Assembly: GCA_963765495.1 (NCBI GenBank)
Contig: CAVXWP010000005.1
Span: forward strand, 128,001 to 192,000
DNA: 64,000 bases
Source of the DNA: Blastocatellia bacterium
GTDB lineage: Bacteria; Acidobacteriota; Blastocatellia; UBA7656
Direction: 5' to 3'
The notes beneath the pieces were generated by a model. The model searched no databases and was not told the origin of the DNA. It was given only the letters and a program-made list of their open reading frames with translations. Every line of letters starts with the position of its first letter. Positions within the stretch are counted from its first letter, which is position 1. Below are positions 62,293 to 64,000 of this stretch, piece by piece. A program made the position numbers and the translations under genes.

Positions 62293-63074
62293 AAAAGAGA
62301 ATCAGCGCCCCGGAGATCTCAATTTCGCGCCGGATGGCCAGATTAGGATGCTTGATAATGATTATTTACACTACAGTTGTGATTGCATCCGTTCGATGAT
62401 CGGAATGAAAAGCGGGTGGAGGCGACTGTGAAAGTTGTCGAATCAGATATGACGAAGGATGAGTACCGTTGCCTAATCATGGCTATGGGGGGCTTGGCAT
62501 TGATGACGCTACTTTCAACGAACAGGCCGACACACTGCTGGCTCTGGCTATGCGGTTCCCGGCAGGAACCGGGATCGAGCGCGACGAAGCAGACTTCGAG
62601 CAGCGCCGGACTTCAACGTAAATGAGATGCGATTGATAAAGTGAAGTTTCTCTAACAAATCATAGTATCCTATGGTAGCTAAGCAGTCCGATACAATTAA
62701 CAATTAGCCACACCTTCATCTTGTCTTGTGCTTTTTGGTAATTTCACAAGCAGGGGTGGTGAGTTAAGACAAACTGTTGACCACTTTTCCCCAGAGTGTT
62801 AGACTCCCACTTCATGCCCCTGCCAGTAGAGATTTATATTGAATAGTCGTTCCTGAATAAAGTCCCTTTTCGAGGGCTGAAGCGCTCAAAATGACTCGAA
62901 GGGCTATCTTGGCTTTGCGATACCCCGAAGAGTATTAGCAAATCACAAGTTTTGCAACTTGCTTTGCGATTTCTAGTGATTTTTTGAACCGTTTTTTCGA
63001 TCTATATATGTCCCTCTGGGTTAGGCACTTCTTCAGGAAGACTAAGTAGACTGTCAGTTTGTTAAGGAGCCTTA

Positions 63075-64000
63075 ATGGCCTTATTGCAAGAGGGCCAGAT
63101 AATCAGAGACACCTACCGAGTTGAGCGATTCCTGGGTGAGGGCGCATTTGCTGAGGTTTATAGAGTGCATCATCGATTCCTTGGTCGGCAAGCTTTAAAG
63201 GTTCTGAAAGCACCTAGCACTTCGCTTGAGGAAGTTGAACACATGCTCGCGGAGGCAATTCTGCTTTCGCGAATTGGTCACCCCAATATCATTCGGGTTT
63301 TCGACGCCAATGTACTGGATGGTCCAGGTAGTAGGTTTGCCTTTTTCACGATGGAGTATGTGGCTGGTGGAAATCTCGATTTATTTTGGCGATCCTATCG
63401 AGATTCGCTAATGCCAGTTGATGACGCAATTGAAGTGATAAAGCAGGTGTGTTCTGGCATTTCGGTAGCTCATAGTGAGAATCCACCTATAGTCCACCGC
63501 GACATCAAGCCGCAGAACATCCTCGTAGGTTATGATGGACTGGGTTTGCGAATTCGAGTTAGTGATTTTGGCTTGGCCAAGCATGTCAACCCGCTTACTC
63601 TCCTGGCGAGTTCCAAGGGAACGCTGAGCTTTAAGCCACCAGAGTCACTCGTTGCTAATATGGACTCGCCCGCGACTGATGTCTGGGCATTAGGTACAAC
63701 GCTATATGTCCTTCTGACAGATACGCTGCCATTTCCTGAGTTGGACAGTCGCGACTTGGCAGACAGTAGGAGGTTACTCCAACCCTTGCGCCCAGCCAGT
63801 ATTTACAATATCAATGTCGATCTAGCGCTAGATACTATTCTTGCGCGGTGCCTTGCTAAGGATCCGAAAGACCGATATGCAGATGCCTCTAGGCTGCTGT
63901 CCGACTTAACTCGATGGCGAGGTGACCGATCAAAGTCCTGTTCGACATATACAACCATTTCTGGAGACGATAAAACGGCATTAGGTTGCGGGCCAGCAGT
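63075..64000 (+). CDS. Hanks-type Ser/Thr protein kinase, runs off the window edge
   Basis: Manual translation after an AAGGAG RBS: MALLQEGQIIRDTYRVERFLGEGAFAEVY, ALK, HPNII, HRDIKPQN, DFG, DVWALG. Confidence 0.9.
   Translation, partial: MALLQEGQIIRDTYRVERFLGEGAFAEVYRVHHRFLGRQALKVLKAPSTSLEEVEHMLAEAILLSRIGHPNIIRVFDANVLDGPGSRFAFFTMEYVAGGNLDLFWRSYRDSLMPVDDAIEVIKQVCSGISVAHSENPPIVHRDIKPQNILVGYDGLGLRIRVSDFGLAKHVNPLTLLASSKGTLSFKPPESLVANMDSPATDVWALGTTLYVLLTDTLPFPELDSRDLADSRRLLQPLRPASIYNINVDLALDTILARCLAKDPKDRYADASRLLSDLTRWRGDRSKSCSTYTTISGDDKTALGCGPA

Noticed and set aside
62383-62625. 80-aa ORF between the interrupted gene and the kinase
   Set aside because: No clear RBS or motif; possibly decayed coding sequence but not supportable.

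Overview
A 64-kb window from an acidobacterium, probably Blastocatellia-like (inferred from an ADOP permease plus PadR pair, an acidobacterial VWFA protein and the GC-rich codon style). Bases 1-39.3 kb look like core chromosome: an ABC exporter, an IPC-synthase-like PAP2 protein, a sensor kinase, tRNA-Leu(CAG), rnr, SDR/ACAD, trehalase, a di-heme peroxidase, HerA plus an HD protein, hutI, a GalE-like gene lacking its catalytic Tyr, a membrane HD-GYP/GAF/degenerate-GGDEF protein preceded by an unannotated 17-aa peptide ORF, two DAACS symporters, an orphan DNA methyltransferase and a benzoate-CoA ligase cluster. This part is studded with 7-, 8- and 9-nt periodic, often inverted, intergenic repeats, many of which overlap stop codons. 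From about 39.3 kb onward the DNA is a decaying mosaic: PglZ-like and DUF6603-like scraps, arabinofuranosidases, an internally deleted GH43, nested IS903-like/IS4-like/IS701-like elements with an apparent IS-associated deletion, a 5'-truncated tyrosine integrase beside an attP-like tRNA-Met 3' fragment, a DUF6788-like gene, an IS630-split gene and an AT-rich Ser/Thr kinase. All family calls come from motif recognition by eye; no database searches were run.
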